DNA of 63,773 bases, filler included, from Octopus bimaculoides (Eukaryota), in the NCBI RefSeq assembly GCF_001194135.2. It is 6 parts of 5 records of this genome, joined end to end, with 100 filler letters (N's around TTAATTAATTAA, not from the genome) between each part and the next. Parts side by side here need not be neighbours in the genome. Positions count along the whole stretch, not along the records: positions 1 to 13,996 come from NC_068993.1; 5 more parts are not named here. One strand, written 5' to 3'. How positions within the stretch are numbered: the first letter of the stretch is position 1; each line of letters opens with the position of its first letter. Position numbers and translations under genes: made by a program. The notes beneath the pieces were generated by a model. The model had not been told where the DNA came from and made no database searches. It saw only the letters and a list, made by a program, of their open reading frames with translations. Positions 1-13,135 of the stretch are shown here, in pieces.

Positions 1-112
1 ACAAACACACACACACATATATGTCGAGCTTCTTTCAGTTTCCATCGACCAAATCCATAAACAAGGCCTTGCGCAGTCCTAACTTATACAAGACACTTGC
101 CCAAAGTGTGCG

Positions 113-178
<66 letters not shown>

Positions 179-273
179 AACACACACGCATACATACACT
201 CACATTTTGACATTTTTCATTACTTAATGTCTTGTTCCCTTGTCATTTATTTGATTTCATATATACACACATA

Positions 274-527
274 GAAAAACTGAAGTCAAGGACTGTGGCA
301 GCATTCACCAACTTAAGCAAGGAGACCATCCAGAAGAATTGAAGGAGATTCCGAAGTCATCTGGAAGCCGTGGTTGAAGCGAATGGCGATTTTATTGAAT
401 AAATTTACTCTTTAGTATTTCAAGATATTTTTGTGTACTTTTAGTAAATAGATCTGTTAAAATGAGATATCAGTGTTATTTTCATTTTTGTGTAATTTGG
501 ACGTCAGTTTACTCACTGCATCCTGTA
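274..527 (+). mobile_element. 3' remnant of a Tc1/mariner-superfamily DNA transposon
   Basis: 274-402 translates EKLKSRTVAAFTNLSKETIQKN*RRFRSHLEAVVEANGDFIE*, matching the typical transposase C-terminus (..AVVEANGxxIE*). It ends in a TIR-like ...cactgcatcctg plus TA. Confidence 0.7.
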
Positions 528-530
528 TAT

Positions 531-693
531 AGGCGTGGCTATGTGGAAGGAAACTTGCTTCCCAACCACATGGTTCCAGGTTCAGTCCCACTGCGTGGCA
601 CCTTCAGTAAGTCTTCTACTGTGGCCTCGGGCCGACCAAAGCCTTGTGAGTGGATTTGGTCGACGGAAACTGATAGAAGCCCGTCGTATATGG

Positions 694-737
<44 letters not shown>

Positions 738-918
738 CTTTGTGTCTGTGTTTGTCTCCCCATCACCGCTTGACATCCGGCAAAAGTGATCGATAGAATA
801 AGTACTTGGCTTTAAAAAAAGTCCTGGGGTTGACTTGGTTGACTAAAAATACCCTTCAAGGTGGTGCTTCAGCATGGCCGCAGTCAAATGACTGAAACAA
901 GAATAAAAGAATAAAAGA
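531..918 (+). mobile_element. SINE family A (tRNA-like head, CORE-like segment, (TA)n(TG)n spacer, conserved tail)
   Basis: Head gtggctatgtgg...ggttcagtcccactgcgtggcacctt, and tail ...gatagaataagtact...cagcatggccgcagtcaaatgactgaaacaag. The same architecture recurs many times in the window. Confidence 0.85.
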
Positions 919-959
919 ACATCAATTTGTCTACCCTTCAATAGATATATACACGCGCA

Positions 960-1216
960 TATATAGCTATGTGTGCATGTATGAGTGTGTGAGTGTGTGT
1001 ATGTATGGGAGTGTTTAGGTGTATGCGCGTGTGTGACTGTGTGTGTGTATGTGTGTTTGTATGTTTATGTGCCTGTATGCTTGTATGTTCGTATGTATAC
1101 TTAAACTCTTGTACTCTACACTTTCAAGTGTGCGTGTATTTTAATGTGTTAGCGTGTGTGTGCGTACGTGTGTGTGTGTATGTGTGTGTGTGTATGTGTG
1201 TGTGTGTATGTGCGTG

Positions 1217-1250
<34 letters not shown>

Positions 1251-1300
1251 GTGCGTGTGTGTGTTGGGGTGGCATGTGTTCCTGTACGTGCGTGCGTCCA
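960..1300. repeat. Degenerate (TG)n microsatellite field
   Basis: Directly visible. Confidence 0.95.
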
Positions 1301-1759
1301 GTTAAGGGAACGGAGTGAAGCGGTTTGCAGATTCATTCAACCCGACTCGACCTAAATAAACTGATAACAGCTATTGCAACGACAAGAACAACAACAATAA
1401 CGAAAGCAACAGCGCTTTTATTTTGTTTCGTCTTCATTTCTTTCTCACAGCTCCCCCCATTACACGCTGCCAAACTAGCAATTATGAGATCCACGTCTTA
1501 TTAACCTTTTACCCCCTTCTACCCATCTCATCTCAGTAAACTCCCTATTTTATTTTTGTACTTTCTTCTCTTCGCATCTCCTACCACTTCTCCTTATCAC
1601 CTTATCACCTCTCCCCTTACTGCATCCCCGATAACTTATTTCTCTCTTTCTCTCTATCTCTTTCCTCTTCTTCGTACTTCATTATGCGTGTGACCAATTA
1701 ACAATTAACGAACCACCTCTGATGCATTTATTCACATCATACATTCATTCATTTCTTTT

Positions 1760-1845
1760 TTCTTTCTTCCTTCCTTTCTTTCTTCTATTCCTTCCTTCTA
1801 TTCCTTCCTTCCTTCCTTCCTTCGTTCGTTCGTTCGTTCGTTCCT

Positions 1846-1885
<40 letters not shown>

Positions 1886-2163
1886 TTCCTTTCCTTCTTT
1901 CTCCCTCTCTCTCCGGATCTTTTCCCATCTATCAGTTTCCTCCTCCTCCTCCTCCCCCTCCTCCTCCTCGTCTTCTTCTTCTTCTTCTTCTTCTTCTTCT
2001 TCTTCTTCTTCTTCTTCTTCTTCTTCTTCTTCTTCTTCTTCTTCTTCTTCTTCTTTTCTTCTTCTTCTTCTTCTATTTCGTTTTCACTCAGTATCTTTCT
2101 TTCCGTTGTCGTTTGCTCCTAACAAAACCAGCCAATGACACCATAGTTACGACGCAAAAAACA

Positions 2164-2194
<31 letters not shown>

Positions 2195-2240
2195 CAACAA
2201 CAACAGCAATAACAACAACAACAACAACAACAACATTCAC
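1760..2240. repeat. Compound (CTTT)/(CGTT)/(CCT)/(CTT)n then (CAG)/(CAA)n microsatellites
   Basis: Directly visible; explains the poly-S and poly-A/T ORFs. Confidence 0.95.
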
Positions 2241-3159
2241 GACGATGATAATGATAAAGAAAATTACCACCTTCGTTAATTATAACATTAAGACCTGAAG
2301 TGAAGAAAGAAGAAAAATTCGATTGAGTAAAATACAANNNNNNNNNNNNNNNNNNNNNNNNNNNNNNNNNNNNNNNNNNNNNNNNNNNNNNNNNNNNNNN
2401 NNNNNNNNNNNNNNNNNNNNNNNNNNNNNNNNNNNNNNNNNNNNNNNNNNNNNNNNNNNNNNNNNNNNNNNNNNNNNNNNNNNNNNNNNNNNNNNNNNNN
2501 NNNNNNNNNNNNNNNNNNNNNNNNNNNNNNNNNNNNNNNNNNNNNNNNNNNNNNNNNNNNNNNNNNNNNNNNNNNNNNNNNNNNNNNNNNNNNNNNNNNN
2601 NNNNNNNNNNNNNNNNNNNNNNNNNNNNNNNNNNNNNNNNNNNNNNNNNNNNNNNNNNNNNNNNNNNNNNNNNNNNNNNNNNNNNNNNNNNNNNNNNNNN
2701 NNNNNNNNNNNNNNNNNNNNNNNNNNNNNNNNNNNNNNNNNNNNNNNNNNNNNNNNNNNNNNNNNNNNNNNNNNNNNNNNNNNNNNNNNNNNNNNNNNNN
2801 NNNNNNNNNNNNNNNNNNNNNNNNNNNNNNNNNNNNNNNNNNNNNNNNNNNNNNNNNNNNNNNNNNNNNNNNNNNNNNNNNNNNNNNNNNNNNNNNNNNN
2901 NNNNNNNNNNNNNNNNNNNNNNNNNNNNNNNNNNNNNNNNNNNNNNNNNNNNNNNNNNNNNNNNNNNNNNNNNNNNNNNNNNNNNNNNNNNNNNNNNNNN
3001 NNNNNNNNNNNNNNNNNNNNNNNNNNNNNNNNNNNNNNNNNNNNNNNNNNNNNNNNNNNNNNNNNNNNNNNNNNNNNNNNNNNNNNNNNNNNNNNNNNNN
3101 NNNNNNNNNNNNNNNNNNNNNNNNNNNNNNNNNNNNNNNNNNNNNNNNNNNNNNNNNNN

Positions 3160-3263
<104 letters not shown>

Positions 3264-3321
3264 AATAATAATAATAATAATAATAATGATAATAATAATA
3301 ATAATAATAATAATAGTAATA

Positions 3322-3837
3322 ATAAATCATATTGTCTCTGGCTGCCCAGTCCTGGCTAAGAAGGGATATATTCACAGACACGACAGAGCTGAGACCTACA
3401 TACACTGGGAGCTATGCCAACACTATGGAATAACAACAGAAAAAAGATGGTATAAGCACACGCCAGAAAAGGTCACAGAAAATGAGAAAGCAACATTACT
3501 ATAGGATATGCGAATACACACAAATAGAGTAATTAAGGCCAATAGGCCAGATATAGGTGTCAGAGATCATGAAGAAAATAAATGCCTTATAATTGATGTA
3601 TCAATACCAACAGATGACAATATTTCTCTAAAAGAAATGGAGAAACTTTCAAAATACGAAGACCTGGAAATAGAGGTAACTCGAATGTGGTGTCTAAAAA
3701 CAGAAACAATTCCTTCCTATGTAAAACACTTTCAATACAGTAACCATAAGAGCATCACAGCAAACCACAGCATATACCCAAGGCACACAGAGCTACGCTC
3801 GGTAGTGTAGTGAAAGCACGTTATAAAAATAAGACTA

Positions 3838-3842
<5 letters not shown>
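3322..3842 (+). mobile_element. 5'-truncated R4/Dong-clade non-LTR retrotransposon (zinc knuckle + restriction-like endonuclease)
   Basis: INHIVSGCPVLAKKGYIHRHD...HWELCQHYG...*DMRIHTNRVIKANRPDIGVRD..KCLIIDVSIP..KLSKYEDLEIEVTRMW. This carries zinc-knuckle H/C/H residues and the PD..D..K..KY RLE motif, has one in-frame stop, and is flanked by (AAT)n on both sides. Confidence 0.9.
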
Positions 3843-3898
<56 letters not shown>

Positions 3899-3904
3899 GT
3901 AACA

Positions 3905-4120
3905 ATCCTTTCTATTATAGGCACAAGGACTGAAGTTTTTTGTGGGGCAGGAGACTAGTCGATTATATCGATTCCAACTTTTCACTGGTACTTAACTTAT
4001 CGACCCCGAAAGGATGAAAGGCAAAGTCGACGTCGGCGTAATTTGAACTTAGATCGTGAAGACGATCGAAATGCAGCTAAGCATCTCGTATGGCGTGTTA
4101 ACGATTGTGCCTGTTCACTG
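3905..4120 (-). mobile_element. SINE family B (Meta-domain-like)
   Basis: Reverse complement of ...tttgcctttcatcctttcggggtcgataa.taagtaccagt..., the same core as the intact copy at 27847-28075. Confidence 0.8.
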
Positions 4121-4123
4121 CCT

Positions 4124-4187
<64 letters not shown>

Positions 4188-4194
4188 TTCGCTA

Positions 4195-4950
4195 TAGTCA
4201 CTAGACAGAGGAAAAACTACCTGATCTTTCCGGTCAAAAGAAGGCTACGGGGCAATCCTTACGATAAATTCAGTCGATTACCGGATCCGCCCTACGCGTG
4301 AAAACAGCTGATCGACAAGGTTCCAAAAGTCAGTAATACCCAGACAGCGGACGAGTGCATGCCTCTCGGACAAGTTCATCGGACAGCACTTCCGTGTCTG
4401 TAGAACTTGTCTCAAACTGGCAGACACCCCTGGTAGTACTACCTGGCCAGGGATTTCTAACATTATCCATAGGCCCTGGCCCAAAAGTCCTCTGGAAAGG
4501 ACATCGTCGCTCTTGCTCGTCACTAACGCCCCGCAGAACTCCATTGTGGAACTTGTATCGACCGCATTGACCGACTGACAGAGGGCTGTGAGCACATGCC
4601 GACACTTCAGGTGTCAAGCGCCCTTTCTCGGTCTATGCTTAATCCAGGACTAGTTCTGTCAATGAGAAGAGCTGTGGAAAATGCAGTCTGATAAACTGCG
4701 ACCACACCTGCGCATCATCAAGAAAACAATGGAGATGTCGCAGTCTCAGCGCATGTCAGCAGATCATTATGCCCAGTCCTTCACTCAACGGCTGCTGACA
4801 GCAGATGGACCGTCTGACAATCGGAGCACGCCCCTTCCACAGAAAGCGGAAGAGCAAGTGCTCCAGCTTGATCAGCAACAAAGCAGGACAAGGTTGAGCG
4901 ATAATAATGGGGATGACCTGGTAGAAAGAATCATTGTTGATGTTCCAGAG
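4195..4950 (-). mobile_element. Decayed L1-Tx1-like ORF2 C-terminal fragment
   Basis: Minus-strand peptides LEHLLFRFLWKGRAPIVRRSICCQQPLSEGLG..HALRLRHL, FQRTFGPGPMDN, GCLPV*DKFYRHG..TCPR, HALVRCLGITDFWNLVDQLFSRVGRIR, with stops and frameshifts. Confidence 0.8.
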
Positions 4951-5820
4951 TCAATGAATTCTGAATTTCAAATTCTCGAGATAGCTTTTTGCAGTTATGT
5001 GTAGTGTGGGTGTGTATGTGTGTGCGTGTTTACGCCGTGTAGTCAGAGTGGGAAAGAGAGAGAGAGGGGGAGAGAGAGAAGTGGGGGTGGGGGTGGAGCT
5101 GTATAATGTCAGTTCATGTAAGCGAGATATTTAATAACCAAAAGTGCTTAATAATTCAATAGATTGTTGGGGTTATAATTGTAGGTTTGCGCGAATTAAA
5201 TCAACAGAAAGAATGGACGACCTCAAATATACGGCATAAAGTGTATTTATCATAATGGAATATTTACCAGAAATTGCCTTGCAGAATTGCGTCTCACTGA
5301 TTCTGCCCAACAATTATATTCACAGTACATATATCTGTGGAGTACTCAGCCAGTTATGGTGTTAATGTAACTGAGCAGATGGTTGCCTTGATCGAACAAC
5401 CGAGTACTCATCGCTGAAACTATCGGAAAACCATTTACGCACGCGCATGCGTGTGTGACTGTGTGTATGTGTGTGCGTCTGTCCATCTAAGTGAGTAATC
5501 GTGTGTGGTGGGTATGTATGGATGTATGTGATGACTCCCTCCCGTGAAACAGTCTTTTCCCACACATTTTCAATCTTGCTTCGTTATTCCAGCTTTCACC
5601 TCATTTGTCACCCCTATCAAATTAATTAGACTAATTATGAAATCCATTTGTCACCCACATTTATCTTATCCCCACCCCCCATGACAACCTCAATCACTCT
5701 GTACAGATAATAGCCTCTTGTGCTGTCTCTATCGAGACAGAAGACATTGAAGTGAGAACCACACAGCCATACGTGGGACAGCTGTGCCCTGTTGGTGTAC
5801 GCTACACACATACATATAAG

Positions 5821-5856
<36 letters not shown>

Positions 5857-6330
5857 NNNNNNNNNNNNNNNNNNNNNNNNNNNNNNNNNNNNNNNNNNNN
5901 NNNNNNNNNNNNNNNNNNNNNNNNNNNNNNNNNNNNNNNNNNNNNNNNNNNNNNNNNNNNNNNNNNNNNNNNNNNNNNNNNNNNNNNNNNNNNNNNNNNN
6001 NNNNNNNNNNNNNNNNNNNNNNNNNNNNNNNNNNNNNNNNNNNNNNNNNNNNNNNNNNNNNNNNNNNNNNNNNNNNNNNNNNNNNNNNNNNNNNNNNNNN
6101 NNNNNNNNNNNNNNNNNNNNNNNNNNNNNNNNNNNNNNNNNNNNNNNNNNNNNNNNNNNNNNNNNNNNNNNNNNNNNNNNNNNNNNNNNNNNNNNNNNNN
6201 NNNNNNNNNNNNNNNNNNNNNNNNNNNNNNNNNNNNNNNNNNNNNNNNNNNNNNNNNNNNNNNNNNNNNNNNNNNNNNNNNNNNNNNNNNNNNNNNNNNN
6301 NNNNNNNNTATATATATATATATATACGCA

Positions 6331-6390
<60 letters not shown>

Positions 6391-8082
6391 AAGTCAACAA
6401 TGTTGCCGGACTCCATCCATGTCTCTCTTGCTTACCCAGTAAGCACTTTACGAGCTATCGTTACAATGAATCGATTCTTTCGTCCTCTCACTCAAATACC
6501 TATCTGCTGACTTGAACATCTATCTCAACTACGAGCTCGAGTGTCTCATATACCCATAACGTACCTATGCAGTAGCAGGAGATATCAAATAATATTTTCT
6601 ACAATAGACACAAAGTCTGAAATCTGCATATTTATTCTTAATACGGTCCGGTAGATTCGAACGTGAATATGTTTGTCACTGTTGTCGTTCATCACAGGAG
6701 AACAACTTCTGTACAACGAATATATGTTTATAACCTTAGGCATCTGATTCTGTTAATTCTAAGTAGAAGCCTTAATATAACCCTCACCTAATCCACACAA
6801 CTATCTGGCTAGTTTTTTTTCCACAAGACTTTAGTTGATGGGAAACTATGGCAAAAGGTACTTGCCCAAGGTGCCGTGCAATTGGATTGAACAAGGAACC
6901 ATGCGTTCGATAAGCGAACTTGTTAGCAATGCGGTTATCGAGTGGATGGAGTGTAATTTTAGTGTTTGGTTTATACATTTTTAAATTCATAATACTTGTT
7001 TTGTAACACAGACCCAAGAGCAGCCATTTTGAGGGAAGGGGAGTCAGTGGAGATCATCGACCGCAGTACTTGATGCATATTGTATGTTATCAACCTCGAA
7101 ATGATGAAATGCAAATTTGACCTCAGCGGAATTTGAACTCATGAAGAAAATAACAATGATAATAAGGATAATAGAATTAACAATAAGCTGTGATTGTAGT
7201 TATAAGTATTGATATTTTAGTTATTATGTAGAGAAATTCGTTGATGTAACACAGGTGACTGAACAATGAATGAAATGAAGTGAGCTGAGCTATTTTTTTA
7301 TCAAAAGGAAACATTCATTTCTATGCCTAGGTGTGCTGTAAAATGCTTATTCTTATTCTTATTCTTATTATTATAATAAATAACACACGTGTAAAATATT
7401 GAGTCATTGACTGCTACAGAAAAAGAAGAAAAAGTGTCAACGACTTTTGCAGGTAATGCCAATGTCCTTAGTAGACTGTTGAGCCAGGTGAACGCTGATC
7501 AAAGCCTGCAAGAATAACGAGTGAGAGGGATATGACAACAGCTTGTAACGGAGGAAACTTTCTTAAAAGCTTCACCAAAGAGAAAAAATATCTAATTTTT
7601 AAAACAATTTTTATTGGTTGTTCTTGTCTAATTATCTTTCATCAGGAGATCATCAATTATCAAAGCAGATCTATAATCATCTGTCATTAGGTAGTCCGAT
7701 AGTCATCGTTAAACAGGTAGATCGGTCCTCAAAGACATTCAAGTTAAGACCATCCTATTTTTATTTTGTCAGGAAATATGTACAAGCAGATATGTTTGGA
7801 TTGATTANNNNNNNNNNNNNNNNNNNNNNNNNNNNNNNNNNNNNNNNNNNNNNNNNNNNNNNNNNNNNNNNNNNNNNNNNNNNNNNNNNNNNNNNNNNNN
7901 NNNNNNNNNNNNNNNNNNNNNNNNNNNNNNNNNNNNNNNNNNNNNNNNNNNNNNNNNNNNNNNNNNNNNNNNNNNNNNNNNNNNNNNNNNNNNNNNNNNN
8001 NNNNNNNNNNNNNNNNNNNNNNNNNNNNNNNNNNNNNNNNNNNNNNNNNNNNNNNNNNNNNNNNNNNNNNNNNNNNNNNNNN

Positions 8083-8118
<36 letters not shown>

Positions 8119-8342
8119 TGGAACATAATAACACAAGTAATAGGATTCATATTGCACAAAGGAAAAACAACGGAAATATGTCTTTTGCATTTAAAAAAAA
8201 ATCCACTAATAAGTGGATTATGTAGCTACGATGCATTACTTTCAGGGGAAACTATCAGTAGTGGTGTATTGAACGACTATGCAGTTAATATCTAAACATA
8301 TAATTAGGTACGACATTTTGGCTCCCAGTATTGATTCTTATT

Positions 8343-8402
<60 letters not shown>

Positions 8403-8546
8403 TTCAACTGATATTTCGCTACTGCCCCTGCCACTTCCCCTCCCTAAGCTTTCAGTCATACTGTAACATCTCTTATCCTTCATTCGCTCGAGGACGCTTG
8501 GTGTCTCCTGGCGAATGACTGTAGCAAACATGCAGATTAAAAGTAG

Positions 8547-8590
<44 letters not shown>

Positions 8591-8604
8591 TATTATTATA
8601 ATGA

Positions 8605-8790
8605 TAATCGTTTCTACGCTAGGCACAAGGCCTGAAGTTTGGGGGAAGGAACTAGTCGATAACATCGACTCCAGTGTTTCACTGGTATTTAATTTATCGA
8701 CCCCGAAAGGATGAAAGGTAAAGTCGACCTCGGCGGAATTTGAACTCGGAACGTAGTGATGGGCGAAATACCGTTATGCATTTCGTCCTT
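8605..8790 (-). mobile_element. SINE family B copy
   Basis: atcgaccccgaaaggatgaaaggtaaagtcgacctcggcggaatttgaactc core. Confidence 0.85.
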
Positions 8791-8973
8791 CACTGGGCGT
8801 AGTATTAATGAATATATATATATATATATATCCCTTAATTTGCTGCTTTTCTATACACAAACCAAGAAGATATCTTACAGAACAGTCATTATTTTAAGGA
8901 GATACATCTTATAATAAACCTGAAGCGATACATCTACTCCGATGGATACTCCTAAACTAGCTTTTAAATATCC

Positions 8974-9018
8974 CACCCGTGAGGGGTCGATGCTAGATGG
9001 GTCGAAACAATTGTAGTG
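8974..9018 (+). ncRNA. Degenerate minimal type I hammerhead-like motif
   Basis: cac-CCGTGA-(poorly paired stem II)-GAAA-caattgt-A-gtg. It has palindromic stem III acaattgt, a GUA site and stem I cac/gtg, but the core deviates from CUGAUGA. Confidence 0.35.
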
Positions 9019-10640
9019 ATTAATGAACACTCATTAATCAAATACCCAAGGAACACTGCGAAAGTGAACGTGCTTTACTGGTCAGCTACTAGGTGTACAT
9101 CGTACGATTTATTATCTAATAATAATAGTAGTAGTAGTAGTAGTAGTAGTAATAATAATAATAATAATAATACACACACACACACACACACATATAAACT
9201 TGTGTGCATGTGTGTGGTGGGGTATTTCTTTGACAAAGGATAGTATTTTTGGTATATTCCACAAGTGATAGAGAAGAGGTAGGGGATGGAATAATTTGCC
9301 AAATATGATGATTCGCTGTTGTGATATTTATTACTTGCCGGAAATTTCTGAGTAAATCTAATTCTTTTTTGATTTGAGAAATGCTTCGAATCACACGGTC
9401 TGCAGCTCTGCGTGCTTTATTCAGCAGGTAAAACAACAACAACAACAACAACAGCTACAGCAGCAGCAGCAACAACAAGAAAATCAAGCAACGAAACATT
9501 AAGTACTCTTTCTGTTTCTGCGTCTACCTTTTTCCTGCTTCTTACCATCTCGAATGTATTTGAATCAAGTGTAGACAATGTCAGAGTCGTAAAACCCATT
9601 TGTCAGATAGCTAACACATCGTTAACTACATGGTCTCGTCTTCTTCCTCTTCCTCACACCATGATATACGAAACCTTAATGTTTATATATTCCACAGATG
9701 TTTTAACTATATTGGCCAACATTAGCTAGCTTTATGACTTTTCATTAATCGCTAATATCTCTGTGAAGGGAGTATGATGTAAACTTCTGCTGTGTGCATG
9801 TTCACACACACATCATGCATCATGAATACACACAAACACACATATGTACTTACACACAGGCTCTCATATATGTCTGTGTGTATGTTTGCATATATAATTT
9901 TACATATATATATATATATATATATACATACATACATACATACATACATACACACAAACCATACACATATATATGCATGTATAATTTACATTTATATTGN
10001 NNNNNNNNNNNNNNNNNNNNNNNNNNNNNNNNNNNNNNNNNNNNNNNNNNNNNNNNNNNNNNNNNNNNNNNNNNNNNNNNNNNNNNNNNNNNNNNNNNNN
10101 NNNNNNNNNNNNNNNNNNNNNNNNNNNNNNNNNNNNNNNNNNNNNNNNNNNNNNNNNNNNNNNNNNNNNNNNNNNNNNNNNNNNNNNNNNNNNNNNNNNN
10201 NNNNNNNNNNNNNNNNNNNNNNNNNNNNNNNNNNNNNNNNNNNNNNNNNNNNNNNNNNNNNNNNNNNNNNNNNNNNNNNNNNNNNNNNNNNNNNNNNNNN
10301 NNNNNNNNNNNNNNNNNNNNNNNNNNNNNNNNNNNNNNNNNNNNNNNNNNNNNNNNNNNNNNNNNNNNNNNNNNNNNNNNNNNNNNNNNNNNNNNNNNNN
10401 NNNNNNNNNNNNNNNNNNNNNNNNNNNNNNNNNNNNNNNNNNNNNNNNNNNNNNNNNNNNNNNNNNNNNNNNNNNNNNNNNNNNNNNNNNNNNNNNNNNN
10501 NNNNNNNNNNNNNNNNNNNNNNTATATATATACCGGAGTAAGCACATGAAATGTGCAACAAGGTGGAAAAAAGAGTACTCAAATACCAGAGGTAGAGTAA
10601 TATGCTTTATTTAAAAGCAGCAAAAATATAACAAAAAAAC

Positions 10641-10676
10641 CGTTACTCTGAGTTTCACGTTCCCATTCATCGGACG
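10641..10676 (-). ncRNA. Minimal type I hammerhead-like motif (U4C core variant)
   Basis: Minus strand: cgt CCGATGA atg-ggaa-cgt GAAA ctc-a-gag TA acg. All three stems can form, stem II has a GNRA loop, and the site is GUA. Confidence 0.6.
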
Positions 10677-11319
10677 AATATATTACATATATGAAAGTCC
10701 AATATATTTGAGCTTTACAGAAATCATAGCCCAGTGCATGCGTAAGTTGAGGCAAATCTCTGAAACACCTTTGTCGGTAGATCTTTAATTGTTGTTGCTG
10801 TTGCAGTTGATGCTGTTGTTGTTAAACTCCATCGCTCAATACTGATGTATCAGATCTATGGTGACAGATATTCCAACTATGACGATGCCAATGTTGTTGG
10901 AATTATTTACAAGATGAAGTTTGATCTTATGATCAATTTGGCTGTTATTTCTCGTGTCGCACGAGTCTGATTGTTGTCGTTGCTATTACTGTAATTTAGC
11001 CTCAAAACGCCTATCGAACATACCTGTGACCAAAGGCTTTCTATCTGGGTTCGCTTCACCTTTTCCCTTATGTTCCAGAAACTAAAGATTAAATTTTCTA
11101 TTTTCTCTTGTTCTATCTGAGACAGCAGGCTTGGATTGAGACAGATTTGGGTTGATGTCAAGTGGTCTATTTATGAGATATTCTGAAGAGTCCATAGTGA
11201 AAAGAATGTACTTCACTGGGATGGAGTAATTCTATTAGGATGAGTTTTCCAAATTTCTAATCGGAGCAGGCGAGGTTTTGACTCAGTTTTTTATGGTACT
11301 CATAATTCCTCCCGTCTCT

Positions 11320-11434
<115 letters not shown>

Positions 11435-12687
11435 CTCTCTTTCTCTCCCTCTCTCACACTCTCACACGTTCACACACTCACTCATACAAACTCATATTCA
11501 CACTCACGCACACATACCCACATTAACATTGACATACACATTCATTCGCACATGCACACTCACGCTCTCGCTCAACACTCACCCACACACATTCACATTC
11601 ACTTTCACACTGACACACGCACACATGCAATCACTCACATACACATTCTCACATATACACACACACTTTCACTGGCAGACACAAACACACTCATACACAC
11701 ACTCATTCACATGCGCACCATGTTACTCACATACACTGTCACTTACATACACACTTTCTTGCATATACACACACCCACACATACGCTCTTTGGTCAAGAC
11801 TCCAGTATGGTATGTACTTAGTCTCGTATTTGACTAAGTGGACGTCATCATCTCGTAATAACTCCATGTACTTTAAATTGAGCTGAATTAATAAAATCTA
11901 CTGAATAACATAACATTGAAATTATCATTGGTACAACTAGTAATTAAAGCTGTAATTATTACATTAAATCCTTAATTAATAAAATCTGCTAACTTCTGTA
12001 CTAACATTTAGTAGATTATCGTTAACAACTGGTAATAAAAGCTACAATTATTTCATTGAGTTTCTGGTGCTAGATTAATGAAACACTTTAACATTAGTGA
12101 GTATAACTGCGGAAGCTAATATGGAAATATGCAAGTCATAAGTCGTAACAGTCACATTAATATCGGTAATGGTAGCAGAAAGAGCAGCTGCTGTTGATGG
12201 TGTTGTTATTATTCTTGTTGCTTCTGGTGACGAACTGGCAGAATCGTTAGCGCACCGGACGGTCAATATGCTAAATGGCATTTCTTACGTTGTGAGTTCA
12301 AATGTTGCTTTTCCTCTTTTTGCGGTCGATAAAATAAGTACCAGCTGAACACTGGGATCGATGTAATTGACTTTCCCTTTCCCTTAAAATTGCTGGCCTT
12401 GAGTCAAAATTTGTTGTTGTTGTTGTTGTTGTTGTTGTTCTTCTTCTTCTTCTTCTTCTTCTTCTTCTTCTTCTNNNNNNNNNNTTCTTCTTCTTCTTCT
12501 TCTTCTTCTTCTTCTTCTTCTTCTTCTTCTTCTTCTTCTTCTTCTTCTTCTTCTTGCGCTGAATGTCAAACTTGATCGAGCAGATCTATGATCAAAGGTT
12601 TTTCGGTCGCTCTCATGTATTTTTCGCTAGGCATAGTGTACGTAGGACTACATTATCCAATGCCACCTATGCAGCCATAGAGTTAGT

Positions 12688-12721
<34 letters not shown>

Positions 12722-12977
12722 TGTGTAGGGAAGGTAAGGGAGGACTGGGTGAAGAAGCGTCACTCGAATCGTTAACGGATTTCCTCGAGTCTTTCTGCTC
12801 AGAAAACAAAGAGGCAGTAAATCACGACCTCCATCTGAAATCTTAGTTCCTGAGTACCTCACCCTCCAAGGCGATTGATATAGCATGAGTATTATATTAA
12901 GTGAATATTAAGTGAACGCTATTTAAATAGCGAAATCGTATTAATGAGGATGAATACTCTTTCAAATTGCTCCTTAC

Positions 12978-13135
12978 CGTTTTAAAGAGAGGAGCAACAT
13001 GGGTTTTCTATAAGCGGAGAAGAGAGACGGAGTAGTTACGGTTTCAACACCGGTCGAACGATTCAAAAATGGAAACTGGGAAACAAACATATTGATACAC
13101 AGAGACAACTCTGCACCAGACAGACGATAGGAATG
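12978..13135 (-). other. Candidate exon of an unidentified minus-strand transcript
   Basis: Acceptor ctgtttctatctttccag| and donor ACG|gtaagg. One open frame (HSYRLSG...LLLSLK) has no recognisable homology. Confidence 0.3.

Noticed and set aside
4681-5004. 107-aa plus-strand ORF with normal composition
   Set aside because: It is antisense to the L1-Tx1 ORF2 fragment, which explains the sequence.
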